In this document: positions 1 through 9,811 of the stretch, piece after piece
How the letters are laid out: every line of letters begins with the position of its first letter
Position numbering within the stretch: position 1 is the stretch's first letter
The notes under the pieces: model-generated
Databases searched by the model: none
Seen by the model: the letters and a program-made list of their open reading frames with translations, nothing else
Told to the model about the DNA's origin: nothing
Virus record (IMG/VR): IMGVR_UViG_3300005253_000632
Span: 1 to 57,978 of that record
DNA: 57,978 nucleotides
From: a virus
Taxonomy: Duplodnaviria; Caudoviricetes
Direction: 5' to 3' (one strand)
Made by a program: the position numbers and the translations under genes

Positions 1-2
1 CG

Positions 3-1745
3 CTTGAGAAGCGTGGGAGTTGGCGTGCCGGCAAGAAGAAGAAGGAGGCCGAAGAAGCACAGAGGATCGCAGTAAAGCCGGAAACGCAAGCCTGCCGGGT
101 CACGCGGAGCAACTTCTCGGACGCCAAGATCGAACGTATCATCCGCAGCAAGATACCGGGCTATGACCCATTTCGCGACGCTGGGGACTGCGTTTTCGAT
201 TTTGATGCCGCCCGCAGCATCATTCGGTTCTTCCACTGCTCTCTCAGGCACTGCAAGGGTCCGATTGCCGGGCAGCCGTTCCTGCTTGAAGAATGGCAGA
301 TCGCCGTGCTCGCCAACGCGTTCGGCTGGAAGCGTCCGAACGGCAGGCGGCGGTATCGCAAGATATTCCTGTTCGTGCCCCGCAAGAATGGGAAGAGCCC
401 GATAGCGGCGGGGGTTGTGCTGTACTTGATCATGGAGGATGGCGAGCGTGGCGCCGAGGTGTACGGTGCCGCCCGCGTATACAAGCAGGCATCCGTCATA
501 TGGTCATACGCCAGCGGCATGGTGAAACAGGACCCGGCGCTGGACGAGAAGTGCAGCATCTTCAAGGGGCAAAGCAGGTCGATTGAGTATGTGGACCCGG
601 ATGGCTTTCAGAGCATCTATCGAGTTCTGGCTGCTGATGCACTGTCGGAGCATGGTCAAAACACGTCCGGATATGTGATTGACGAAGTACATGCTTTGGC
701 CGATGGCGAGATGATCGACGTGCTTGAGACCTCGACCGGAGCGCGCCCGCAACCTCTGGGCTTCTACATCTCGACCTCAGATTTTGAGCGTCCGGTCTCG
801 CCCTGCAATGACATGCACAAATACGCCAGCGGGGTTCGCGATGGGCTGGTCGATAATCCGTATTTCCTGCCGGTGATTTTCGAGGCTGGCCGAGATGACA
901 ATTGGGCTGATCCTGCCGTTTGGGCACGAGCTAATCCGAACCTGGGCATCAGTCTGACGACCGAGTACATGGAAGAGCAGTGCAAGAAGGCACAAGCTAC
1001 CCCGGCCTTTGAAAACACCTTCAAGCGACTCAATCTGAATATCCGCACTGAGCAGGACGTGCGCTGGATCGTCAAAGGGAAATGGGATGCTTGTGTCGGC
1101 GAAGTCGATGCCAAGGCCCTGGAGAAACAAACCTGCTACGGCGGGTTGGATTTGGCGACTACGAGCGATATCACCTGCCTCGTGCTGGCCTTCCCGCAGG
1201 ACAGGGGCATCAAGCTGCTGGCGTTCTATTGGGTTCCCCAAGAGACGGTCGCCATCCGCGACAAGCGCGACAGGACGACATATCAGAAGTGGGTTGACCA
1301 GGGCATCATCCGCACCACGCCCGGCGACATGACCGACTACGGCTTTGTCCGCAAGGACATCAACGAACTCGCAGATACCTATGGAATCAAGCAAATCGCA
1401 GTGGATCGCGTGTTTCAAGGGGCACAGCTGTCCCATGAGCTTGAACAGGACGGCATGGATGTGTTGGCCTTTGGCCAAGGCTTCAGGTCGATGGCGGCAC
1501 CAACCAGCGAGTTCGACCGGCTGATCCGTGCCGGAGAACTGGAGCACGGAGGTTGCCCAGTGCTGTCTTGGCACGCTAGTAACGTCTCAGTAAGGCTCGA
1601 CGATGCAGGTTGCATGAAACCATCGAAGGTGAAATCAACCGAGAAGATCGACGGCATTGTGTCCGCCATCATGGCCGTGGGCCTGTGCATGGCCCACGAA
1701 GAGAAGAAAAGCGTCTACGCGACGCGCGGGGTGATTGCGCTATGA
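3..1745 (+). CDS. terL: Terminase large subunit (5' truncated; frame is open from base 3, not 306)
   Basis: Walker A VPRKNGKS, Walker B VIDEVH, nuclease GGLDLA and KIDGIVS; upstream in-frame IPGYDPF...FLLEEWQ is a typical TerL N-terminus. Confidence 0.95.
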   Translation, partial: LEKRGSWRAGKKKKEAEEAQRIAVKPETQACRVTRSNFSDAKIERIIRSKIPGYDPFRDAGDCVFDFDAARSIIRFFHCSLRHCKGPIAGQPFLLEEWQIAVLANAFGWKRPNGRRRYRKIFLFVPRKNGKSPIAAGVVLYLIMEDGERGAEVYGAARVYKQASVIWSYASGMVKQDPALDEKCSIFKGQSRSIEYVDPDGFQSIYRVLAADALSEHGQNTSGYVIDEVHALADGEMIDVLETSTGARPQPLGFYISTSDFERPVSPCNDMHKYASGVRDGLVDNPYFLPVIFEAGRDDNWADPAVWARANPNLGISLTTEYMEEQCKKAQATPAFENTFKRLNLNIRTEQDVRWIVKGKWDACVGEVDAKALEKQTCYGGLDLATTSDITCLVLAFPQDRGIKLLAFYWVPQETVAIRDKRDRTTYQKWVDQGIIRTTPGDMTDYGFVRKDINELADTYGIKQIAVDRVFQGAQLSHELEQDGMDVLAFGQGFRSMAAPTSEFDRLIRAGELEHGGCPVLSWHASNVSVRLDDAGCMKPSKVKSTEKIDGIVSAIMAVGLCMAHEEKKSVYATRGVIAL

Positions 1746-1752
1746 GGAGCCC

Positions 1753-1932
1753 ATGAAGACCGCCATCGAAATCTCATTTCTGATCGGCGCGGGGATATTC
1801 GCCGTTGGACTATGGTGGCTGGCTCCGTGGCTATCGCTTGTCATCACGGGCTTGCTCATCATGCTCGGCGCCGGCGTCGCCTACTTTAACGAACCCGCCA
1901 AGAAGTCCGCCAAGCCTACCAAGACAAGCTGA
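1753..1932 (+). CDS. Small two-TM membrane protein between terL and portal
   Basis: GAGGAG before ATG 1753; two hydrophobic stretches; common position in HK97-like phages. Confidence 0.7.
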   Translation: MKTAIEISFLIGAGIFAVGLWWLAPWLSLVITGLLIMLGAGVAYFNEPAKKSAKPTKTS

Positions 1933-1960
1933 CCGCTGACCCGCCTGGAGGGGTGGATAG

Positions 1961-3667
1961 TTGATACTAGACCGCATTTTGCCGACCAAGTTGGCGGCTA
2001 CGTTCAAGAATCCGCCCGATTGGTTGGTCGGGGCACTTGGCGGCAGCCTGACGACTGCGGGCGTGCGCGTTACGCCTGCGAGCGCTCTCACGCTGGCTGC
2101 CTACTTCGCCGCTATCCGTTGCATCTCTGAAGACGTGGCCAAGGTTCCGTTGATCTTGTATGAGCGCCTTGAGCCGCGCGGGAAGGAGCGCAGGCGGGAC
2201 CATCCCGTCTATCCGCTCCTAAAAGAGCAACCCAACGCCAATATGACCGCAATGACCTTGCGGGAGACGATGACACAGCACGCGCTGGGCTGGGGCAACG
2301 GCTATGCCGAGATCGTTCGCGATCGCGACCTGACCATACAGTCGCTAGAGCTGCTGACGCCGGATCGCGTGACGCCGCGCATCAACGAGAACACCGAGCG
2401 AGTAGTGTACGAAGTGCGCAATCGCCACGGCGAACAGCGCATCTTGCAGGATTTCCAGGTCTTTCACCTTCACGGGCTCGGATATGACGGGCTGACCGGC
2501 TATTCCATTGCGCATCTAGCTCGCGAAGCTATCGGGCTGGGTCTGGCACAAGAGGCCAGCGGTTCAACAGTATTCAGTAACGGTGTTCGCGCGGGTGGCA
2601 TCCTGGAAATGGATGGCGTTCTCGGTGAGGTCGAGCTACAGAATTTCCGCGAATCCTGGACACGGCAATATGCGGGCGTCGAGAACGCGAACAAGACGAT
2701 GCTGTTGGAACACGGCATCAAGTTCAAGCCCATTACGATACCTTTCAAAGAATCGCAGTTCATCGAAGGCCGCAGCTTCAGCGCCGCCGACATTGCCCGA
2801 TTCTTCAGAGTTCCGCCCCACATCATCGGCATAATGGACGCTGCGACGTTCTCGAACATTGAGCAGCAATCTATCGAGTACGTCACGCTCACGTTGATGA
2901 GCTGGTTCGTTCGTTGGGAACAAGAAGTCAAGCGCAAGCTGCTGACCAAAGTGACGGACGAAGACTTGTTCGCAGAGCACCTTGTTGACGCTCTGCTTCG
3001 CGGCGACATTGGAAGCCGCTTCAAGGCTTATGCCACCGCCCGACAGTGGGGCTGGATGAGCGCCAACGATGTGCTGGAGAAGGAAAACAGCAATCCGCTT
3101 CCAGGCGACCAGGGCGATATTTACCTGTCTCCGCTGAACATGGGCGATGCCGAGGACATCGGCGAAGAGCCGGAGCCGGATGAGCCTGCCGGTGATGAGG
3201 ACAATGACGGCGACGATCCATTCTCCGCAACCGTAATCCACGACACCACCGTCGAGTCCATCACCGAGGCCCATGCCGATGTGTTTGGCGAGCGCATTGA
3301 GCGCTTGCTGAAAATCGAGTGCGATCGCGTGCGTCGCATCATGTCCAAGGACGATTCGGGCGAAAAGTTGGCCGAATTCTACTCCGAACATACGCAATTC
3401 ATGCTTGACGGGCTTCGTCCGCCGAGCACCGCGTTGTGCGGTTCGCTGTGGGCAGCGCTGGGCGGCGGCGAAATGTCCAACGTCCTCAAGAGCACTCTGG
3501 AGGCCGGGCTAATTAGTATCGTCAACAACCACGTCAACCACGCTCGGGCGTCGCTTGATGAATCTGCCGAGCAGTTCTACGAGTGCTGGCAGGGCGGCAG
3601 GGCGGCAGAGCTGGCACAAGAAACAACCGAATTCTGCATGGCAGCAGTTCGGACATGGGGGGAATAA
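1961..3667 (+). CDS. HK97-family portal protein with C-terminal extension
   Basis: PN..MT, WGNGYA, DGLTGYS, IARFFRVPPH, FSNIEQQ motifs; position after terL. Confidence 0.95.
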   Translation: MILDRILPTKLAATFKNPPDWLVGALGGSLTTAGVRVTPASALTLAAYFAAIRCISEDVAKVPLILYERLEPRGKERRRDHPVYPLLKEQPNANMTAMTLRETMTQHALGWGNGYAEIVRDRDLTIQSLELLTPDRVTPRINENTERVVYEVRNRHGEQRILQDFQVFHLHGLGYDGLTGYSIAHLAREAIGLGLAQEASGSTVFSNGVRAGGILEMDGVLGEVELQNFRESWTRQYAGVENANKTMLLEHGIKFKPITIPFKESQFIEGRSFSAADIARFFRVPPHIIGIMDAATFSNIEQQSIEYVTLTLMSWFVRWEQEVKRKLLTKVTDEDLFAEHLVDALLRGDIGSRFKAYATARQWGWMSANDVLEKENSNPLPGDQGDIYLSPLNMGDAEDIGEEPEPDEPAGDEDNDGDDPFSATVIHDTTVESITEAHADVFGERIERLLKIECDRVRRIMSKDDSGEKLAEFYSEHTQFMLDGLRPPSTALCGSLWAALGGGEMSNVLKSTLEAGLISIVNNHVNHARASLDESAEQFYECWQGGRAAELAQETTEFCMAAVRTWGE

Positions 3668-4384
3668 ATGGCACTTCCACAGTTTATACAGACCAACGGC
3701 GTGACAACCGGCGTAACGCCGGTAACTGTCGTTCCTGCTCCGACCAATTCCAGCGTTGTGCATCGCTTGAAGTCTTTGGTAGTCACAAACAAAGACACTG
3801 TAGATGTGGTGATCATCGTACAGATGGCAGACGGTGCGACCGATCGGGAGGTGAGCCACACGAGCCATAACGCCGGCGTGGCCGCCACTGGAGTGTTGAC
3901 CTTCAGCGGCAATGCTGCGAACGCCGAAACGATAATCATCGGCGGCAAAACATACACTTGGCAGAATGCGTTGACCGATGTGGACGGCAATATTGATGTC
4001 GGGACACTTCAGGCCGATAGCGAGGACCAACTTACCGCAGCCATCAACCTTGCGGCTGGGGCTGGCACCAAATACGCCGCCTCGATGACGGCCGGCGCGG
4101 TGACCGCCGTAGACGGTGCCGGGATCGTGACGGTGACGGCGAACGTAACAGGAACGGCCGGCAACTTCATTGCCACAACAGAGAGCATGGGTAGTGGAGC
4201 CTGGGGTGCTGGCGTACTCTCCGGCGGCGAAGACCCCGGCCGATTGCTGCTTGTAGACGACATTGTTGTGGACTCTTCCACCAAAAGCATTGAACTGTTG
4301 CTCGGTTGGCCCGTGGTCACTACGGAATGTGACTTTGTTGTCACATATTCGCGCGAGGGAGCACCCGATCTAGCCTCAGTCTAG
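3668..4384 (+). CDS. Putative virion protein (beta-rich, inserted Gly/Ala/Thr domain)
   Basis: Abuts the portal gene; T/V/A/G-rich composition. Confidence 0.65.
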   Translation: MALPQFIQTNGVTTGVTPVTVVPAPTNSSVVHRLKSLVVTNKDTVDVVIIVQMADGATDREVSHTSHNAGVAATGVLTFSGNAANAETIIIGGKTYTWQNALTDVDGNIDVGTLQADSEDQLTAAINLAAGAGTKYAASMTAGAVTAVDGAGIVTVTANVTGTAGNFIATTESMGSGAWGAGVLSGGEDPGRLLLVDDIVVDSSTKSIELLLGWPVVTTECDFVVTYSREGAPDLASV

Positions 4385-4392
4385 GGGAACGC

Positions 4393-5208
4393 ATGAAAGA
4401 CGCACTTAGAAATCCGTCCAAATGGCAGCGCGGCCCAACGGCCCACGGCTTCGAGAACCTGAAGAGCAACGTCGTGCGCAGCGGCGGCGATAGCGGCGCG
4501 GGGCTCATCTCAAGGTTCAGCGTGATAACGCGCGGCGAGGCGCTGGGGCATGAGATGTGGATTGACCGAGACTTCTTGCAGCAGACTGCGGACGCCATAA
4601 ATGCAAATGGCAGACAGGGCATCAAGAGCCGATTCACGCATCCCGGCCTGTCTGGCGATGGATTGGGCCGTTTTCTAGGCCGGGTTAAGGATGCTCGCGT
4701 CATTGGCACTCAAACCTTTGCCGATTTGCACATTTCCGAGACGGCGCACGACACGCCTGACGGCGACCTGGGTTCCTTCGTCATGGACCTGGCAGAGAAG
4801 GAGCCGGACATGTTCGGCACCTCGATCGTCTTCAGCCGCAGTGAATCTGACGAGGCAGCGTTCATCGCTGACCACAAAGACAAGCGTGGCCGTTTCGTTT
4901 CGCCCGACCGCAACAATGCTCAGAACTTCGTCCACGCGCGGCTGCAAGAGTTGCGGGCCGATGACGTAGTGGACGAACCGGCGGCCAATCCACACGGCAT
5001 GTTCCATCGCGGGGACGAAATCGCTCGCGATGCCGAAGACTTGCTGTGCTATTCGCTCGGGTTGACGGAAACCGTGCCCTCGCTAACAGAACTGGACATC
5101 GACCCCACGCGGGTTGCCGAATATCTCAAGAAGTTCCTAGCCCGCCGCGGACTGCGGATAGTTTCCGCATCCGACTTGCTGGCCCGCTGCGAAGCAGCCA
5201 GAGAATAA
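4393..5208 (+). CDS. Putative prohead maturation protease
   Basis: Between portal and capsid; His in RFTHP, GTSIVF, DVVDEPAANP resembling prohead protease D-V-x-x-P-A motif. Confidence 0.7.
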   Translation: MKDALRNPSKWQRGPTAHGFENLKSNVVRSGGDSGAGLISRFSVITRGEALGHEMWIDRDFLQQTADAINANGRQGIKSRFTHPGLSGDGLGRFLGRVKDARVIGTQTFADLHISETAHDTPDGDLGSFVMDLAEKEPDMFGTSIVFSRSESDEAAFIADHKDKRGRFVSPDRNNAQNFVHARLQELRADDVVDEPAANPHGMFHRGDEIARDAEDLLCYSLGLTETVPSLTELDIDPTRVAEYLKKFLARRGLRIVSASDLLARCEAARE

Positions 5209-5331
5209 TCCCACAATTCAACTACCCATCGTCTCGGCGTGATGCCGGGCACATCGTACAGAACGCTGCGGGCGTGACGCCCGCAGCGACCTGCTGACAC
5301 ATCACATAGTCCAATCCTAGGAGGGAGAGGG

Positions 5332-6747
5332 ATGCCGCAAAAGACATCTCTGGAGTTGCTCGAAGAGCGCAACTTCCTAATCAAAACCGCAGAAAACGTC
5401 GCCAAGAAGGCCCAGAAAGAGGGCTTGGCGCTTACTGACGAGGAGGTCAAGGAAACCGATGCGATGCTCGCTGAAGCAGAGTCGCTTACAGCGGACATCG
5501 AGAAAATGCAGCGCGCCGAGAAACAACTCACGCGCATTGAAGACGCTGTTGGTTCGATACAGAATCCCGACGCCGGACGCAAGACGACCACTGCTGAGCC
5601 GGTCGATTCGCTGGCCAACATGACGCCCAGCAAGATTCCCGCACAGTACAACAAAACTTACGGGAAGCTCAAGGCGTTTACCGGCGGAGCTAGTGCCGAG
5701 CAGGACCGCTACGACGCTTTCGAGTCGGGCATGTGGATTCGAGCCACGTTCTTCCGCGATAGCATAGCGCATCGCTGGTGCGAACTCAATGGCGTGTACC
5801 ACAAGCTGGCCGCCGAAGAGGGCTCGGGCACTGCGGGCGGAAATCTCGTGCCGTCACCGCTTCTCGATCGCATTATCGTATTGCGCGATGAGTTCGGCAC
5901 GTTCAGGCGCGAATGCGACCTCGTTCCGATGGGTCGCGACACGCTGTCAATTCCGAAGCTGAGCACAGGTACCACTGCTTCGTTCTTCGCCGAGTCGGCA
6001 ACAATTGGCGAAAGCGATCCTGTATGGCTACAAGTTAATCTCACAGCCAAGAAGCTAGGGATAATTACGCGCATCAGCAACGAGCTTGCAGAGGATGCGG
6101 TAATCAACCTTGCCGACTGGCTTGCGATGGACATGGCGCGAGCGTTTGCGCTGAAGGAAGACGAAGTTGGATTTGCTGGCACGGGCGTAGCGTCTGATGG
6201 CGGCATCATCGGTGTCGCGCAGGCGTTCACCAATGGTCACTCGACATCCGCTTCTCCGTTGGCCGGCGCAGTTAATGCCAGTGCGGCTAACGACGACTTC
6301 GTTGAGCTTGATGCTACCGATATGGCTCTGATTATGGCTGCTTTGCCGGCGTACGCTCGGTCTAATGCCAAATGGTACTGTAGTTCGGTGTGTCAGGACT
6401 TGGTGTTCAATCGCTTGGCAAATGCCGGCGGCGGACAAACTGTTCAGACGTTTAGGGGTGAGCTTGGCCCGTCATTCCTCGGGCACTCCGTTGTGACCAA
6501 TGAACAGCTGCCCAGCACCACGACGGCCGCTGCGTTGAACAACAGCACCATGCTGCTCTTTGGCGATTTGCGCCTGGCTGCGGTAATGGGTGACCGCCGG
6601 GGCATTACTGTTGCTTCAAGCGCAGACCGTTACTTCGAGGTAGATCAGGTCGCCATTCGTGCTACCGAGCGCTTCGACATTGCCATCCACGGCCTAGGCG
6701 ATGCGACCACTGCCGGTCCCATCGTTGCATTGATTGGCCAAACCTAA
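5332..6747 (+). CDS. Major capsid protein, HK97 fold, with N-terminal coiled-coil delta domain
   Basis: GGNLVP, ISNELAEDAVINL, LFGDL, FEVDQVAIRATERFD; GAGGGAG RBS. Confidence 0.95.
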   Translation: MPQKTSLELLEERNFLIKTAENVAKKAQKEGLALTDEEVKETDAMLAEAESLTADIEKMQRAEKQLTRIEDAVGSIQNPDAGRKTTTAEPVDSLANMTPSKIPAQYNKTYGKLKAFTGGASAEQDRYDAFESGMWIRATFFRDSIAHRWCELNGVYHKLAAEEGSGTAGGNLVPSPLLDRIIVLRDEFGTFRRECDLVPMGRDTLSIPKLSTGTTASFFAESATIGESDPVWLQVNLTAKKLGIITRISNELAEDAVINLADWLAMDMARAFALKEDEVGFAGTGVASDGGIIGVAQAFTNGHSTSASPLAGAVNASAANDDFVELDATDMALIMAALPAYARSNAKWYCSSVCQDLVFNRLANAGGGQTVQTFRGELGPSFLGHSVVTNEQLPSTTTAAALNNSTMLLFGDLRLAAVMGDRRGITVASSADRYFEVDQVAIRATERFDIAIHGLGDATTAGPIVALIGQT

Positions 6748-6765
6748 CGAAAGGGGGAAGAGAGA

Positions 6766-7251
6766 ATGGGACTCACTGATAGTTATCAAAATGGCGTTGC
6801 TGAATGTTTTCAGCTCGGCACAATTGCCACAAACGCAACCAGCCTTACGACCGTTGACACCTTGTCGCGCGGCGCGTTTGCGATTGTTGATGTGGTTCAG
6901 AATGTGCCAGCGGCAACGAACACCTCGGCCAAGTGGACTTCGTTGGTTCTGTCGCACGGCACAACCACCGATGCCACGAATCACACGGCGATCACGAACA
7001 TGACGGGCACTACCAACACGACCGCCACTACGGCGCAGTTCGTGTTGCCCACGAACAACGATACGGCCGTGAATCAGATTTGCAGATTCTACATCGACCT
7101 GCGTAACAAGGAGCGCTTTATCGGCGTAACTAAGCAGGCTTCGGCTAACCACCAGAGCACGGCGAATACTGCTACGCTCTTCCGTCGGCCAACCTCGCCA
7201 GTCACGGATGCGGAACGCAATGTCGGCGTATCTGTTGTGAACATCGCTTAA
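6766..7251 (+). CDS. Putative capsid decoration protein (Thr-rich)
   Basis: Directly after capsid gene; YIDLR..ERFI motif typical of post-capsid genes. Confidence 0.6.
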   Translation: MGLTDSYQNGVAECFQLGTIATNATSLTTVDTLSRGAFAIVDVVQNVPAATNTSAKWTSLVLSHGTTTDATNHTAITNMTGTTNTTATTAQFVLPTNNDTAVNQICRFYIDLRNKERFIGVTKQASANHQSTANTATLFRRPTSPVTDAERNVGVSVVNIA

Positions 7252-7265
7252 CTCCAACCTGCGGC

Positions 7266-7313
7266 TTGGGGGTGGGTGGGGAACCGTCGCTACCCGCCCC
7301 CTTGCCCACTTTT
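7266..7313 (+). terminator. Probable intrinsic terminator after capsid/decoration genes
   Basis: GGGGGTGGGTGG ... CTACCCGCCCCC stem, followed by TTTT after a short gap. Confidence 0.45.
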
Positions 7314-7324
7314 GAAGGTGCTTT

Positions 7325-8578
7325 ATTGCCACAAACATCGTCCGAGATGCGGATGCAGTCCCGTCGAGACAAGAACAACTTGACGCCCTGGCTGGAGGCC
7401 GAACGGCGACGCCGTTGCGTCTGAACATCGGCGCCGGCGAAGTCAAGTTGTCGGGCTTTGTGCCCGTTGATCGTCGCGTCGGCAAGGAAGCCTACCCGCT
7501 GGAATATGACGATGATTCCGTTGACGAGATTCGTGCCAGCCACGTGCTGGAGCATTTCGCCAGCGGAATGGTCGGCGATGTTCTGGCGAACTGGGTCAGC
7601 AAGCTCAAGCCCGGCGGCGTTATCCGTATCGCCGTACCAGACTTTGAAGTCATTGCCGGCATGGTGGCCAACTCGCCACCGTCACAGCGCGGCCTGGCCT
7701 ATGCATACGCCTTCGGCGGCCAAACGGATGCAAACGATTTCCACCACGCGGCCTTTGACCCCGCCAGCCTCAAGACGCTCATGCGCCATTGCGGGCTGCG
7801 CAAGATCAAAGGATGGCAGTCTACCTTGCAGGACTGCGCCGCCCTGCCTGTGAGCCTGAACCTAGAAGGTGTCAAGCCGCACAAGCACAAGCTGCCCGCG
7901 ATTGTAGCAGCGATGTCTACGTCTCGGCTGGGATTTACCGAGAATATGTTCAGCGCTACGGGCGTGTTTCCACACAGGAACGTCGAGTTGGTCAAGCAGA
8001 CTGGGGCCTATTGGTCACAATGCCTGGATCGCGTGCTGACGCAGTTTCTCGATGCCGGCCATGATGGCTACATTGTAGTGCTCGACTACGATACGGTATT
8101 CAATGGCGACATATTCGACGAACTCTGTTACCTGATGGCTGACAATCCGCAGGCCGATGCTATCGCGCCGTGGCAAGTGAAACGCGAGAGCGACCATGCC
8201 TTAGTGTGGATGACGGATGACGATGGCAAGAAGCGAGATGAGATTACCTACGAAGAGCTTGATCGCGAACTAATGCCGGTCGATTCAGCGCACTTCGGCT
8301 TGACGCTGTTGCGCTCTAGGTGTTTTAAGTCGCTCAGGCGCCCGTGGTTCCTGGAAATCCCCGACCCTAATGGCGCCTGGGGCGATGGTCGCATTGACCC
8401 TGACATCTACTTTTGGAATAACTGGCGTGAATGCGGCAATTCGCTATTCATGGCCAACCACGTATCCATCGGCCATTGCCAACAGTTGGCAACTTGGCCG
8501 GACTGGAATTTGAAACCGATTCATCAGTACCTGCCGGACTATCAAAAGTCCGGCCCACCGAGGGGAGCGAGACTTTGA
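7325..8578 (+). CDS. SAM methyltransferase fused to a GT-A glycosyltransferase-like domain (start 7325 ATT or 7415 TTG)
   Basis: RLNIGAG, SHVLEHF, LKPGGVIRIAVPD (class I MTase); C-terminal VLDYD (DxD), HFGLTL, DIYFW, IGH (GT-A). Confidence 0.8.
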   Translation: MATNIVRDADAVPSRQEQLDALAGGRTATPLRLNIGAGEVKLSGFVPVDRRVGKEAYPLEYDDDSVDEIRASHVLEHFASGMVGDVLANWVSKLKPGGVIRIAVPDFEVIAGMVANSPPSQRGLAYAYAFGGQTDANDFHHAAFDPASLKTLMRHCGLRKIKGWQSTLQDCAALPVSLNLEGVKPHKHKLPAIVAAMSTSRLGFTENMFSATGVFPHRNVELVKQTGAYWSQCLDRVLTQFLDAGHDGYIVVLDYDTVFNGDIFDELCYLMADNPQADAIAPWQVKRESDHALVWMTDDDGKKRDEITYEELDRELMPVDSAHFGLTLLRSRCFKSLRRPWFLEIPDPNGAWGDGRIDPDIYFWNNWRECGNSLFMANHVSIGHCQQLATWPDWNLKPIHQYLPDYQKSGPPRGARL

Positions 8579-8880
8579 CAAACGCAGGAAGAGTATTACA
8601 CAAGATGATCAAGCGCGGCATCGTTGCCGAAGGCACGATACACGTGGTTATCACCATTGATCCCGAGAAGGATCATGTTCAAATCGAAGCCAAGCACGAC
8701 GGATTGGCCACAAGCAGACAAGCACAAGCCGCCGTGGAAGTAATAGCGCATGTCGCTGCTGGGCAGGGCATGAAGAACACGGTCAAGCCTGCCCCGAAAG
8801 CCAAGAAGTCGGAAGCAAGCAAGCCCGACGCAGACCGGCCCGACACAGAGAAGCCCGAGCGTCACCCGTTGAAGGGATAG
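8575..8880 (+). CDS. Hypothetical protein, Lys/Pro-rich tail
   Basis: TTG start after GAGGGGAG, overlapping previous stop. Confidence 0.55.
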   Translation: MTNAGRVLHKMIKRGIVAEGTIHVVITIDPEKDHVQIEAKHDGLATSRQAQAAVEVIAHVAAGQGMKNTVKPAPKAKKSEASKPDADRPDTEKPERHPLKG

Positions 8881-8883
8881 CAA

Positions 8884-9810
8884 TTGGCCGACCAACCAAT
8901 TCATTACAGCTTGTCCGAGCTGATCGCTCCGGCCGAAGAGCCCGTAACTACGGCGGAGGCCACATCGTGGATGAACGTGAATACGTCGGCAGACGATACC
9001 ACGATAGGCTCGATGATCACTGCTGCCCGGCAGCAGGCCGAGATCTTTACTCGTCGCCGGTTTGTTGCATCCATGTTGCGCATGAGCCTGGATAGATTCC
9101 CCACGGGCAACAATCCCATATTCCTGCGCAGCCCGCCGCTGCTGTATCTGAAACAAATTCAGTACATCGATACAAACGGCACTACTCAGGTCTGGGGCGA
9201 CGTGGCGATGGAAATAAGGGTCACGCCGGCCACCGTCGAAGTGGGCGATGTGTTCGATATCATCGCTGCGGGTGTGACCATTGCTACTTTTACGGCTACG
9301 GACGCCACTGTGGCCAACGTCACTGCCGGACTAGAGACGACGTGGAATGCGTCCACCAGCGACTATGCTACGTACGTCACCGCCACGGATCAGACCACCT
9401 ATTTGGAATTGCTCGGCGACACGGGCCAAGGCTTCGCGGTGACGACTTCCACTACCGATGGCGGCGGAGCCGATACGCAAACGCTGGTAGCCGTTGAACA
9501 AAACGACGAATCGACGGTTTATACCGTTGACGCCACGAGCATCTTGCCTAGAATTGAACCGGCGCGGACAACGGTGACCCTGACTGGGCAGGACTATCCT
9601 GACACCAATCCCGACATAAATGCAGTCCTCATTGATTATGTCGCGGGCTACGGTGCTGCGTCGGCGGTTCCCGAGATCACCAAGGCTGCAATCAAGTTTC
9701 TAGTTGCTGACATGTACGAACACCGCGAGTCGCAGAGCGAGATCAGCCTTCAGGACAATCAGACGGTTAAGGATATGCTGTGGTCACTACGAGTTCCAAC
9801 GGCGGCGTAG
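8884..9810 (+). CDS. Head-tail connector (gp6/gp15-like) with ~100 aa insertion
   Basis: EEPVT..EA, ITAAR..AE..T.R, YVAGYG...VPE..K.AI...V..MYEHRE. Confidence 0.85.
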   Translation: MADQPIHYSLSELIAPAEEPVTTAEATSWMNVNTSADDTTIGSMITAARQQAEIFTRRRFVASMLRMSLDRFPTGNNPIFLRSPPLLYLKQIQYIDTNGTTQVWGDVAMEIRVTPATVEVGDVFDIIAAGVTIATFTATDATVANVTAGLETTWNASTSDYATYVTATDQTTYLELLGDTGQGFAVTTSTTDGGGADTQTLVAVEQNDESTVYTVDATSILPRIEPARTTVTLTGQDYPDTNPDINAVLIDYVAGYGAASAVPEITKAAIKFLVADMYEHRESQSEISLQDNQTVKDMLWSLRVPTAA

Positions 9811-9811
9811 C

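Noticed and set aside
306-308. ORF-track start of TerL
   Set aside because: Frame is open to the window edge and conserved TerL sequence lies upstream
1937-1950. 14-mer TGACCCGCCTGGAG shared with 43086
   Set aside because: Single distant match with no common context; may be chance
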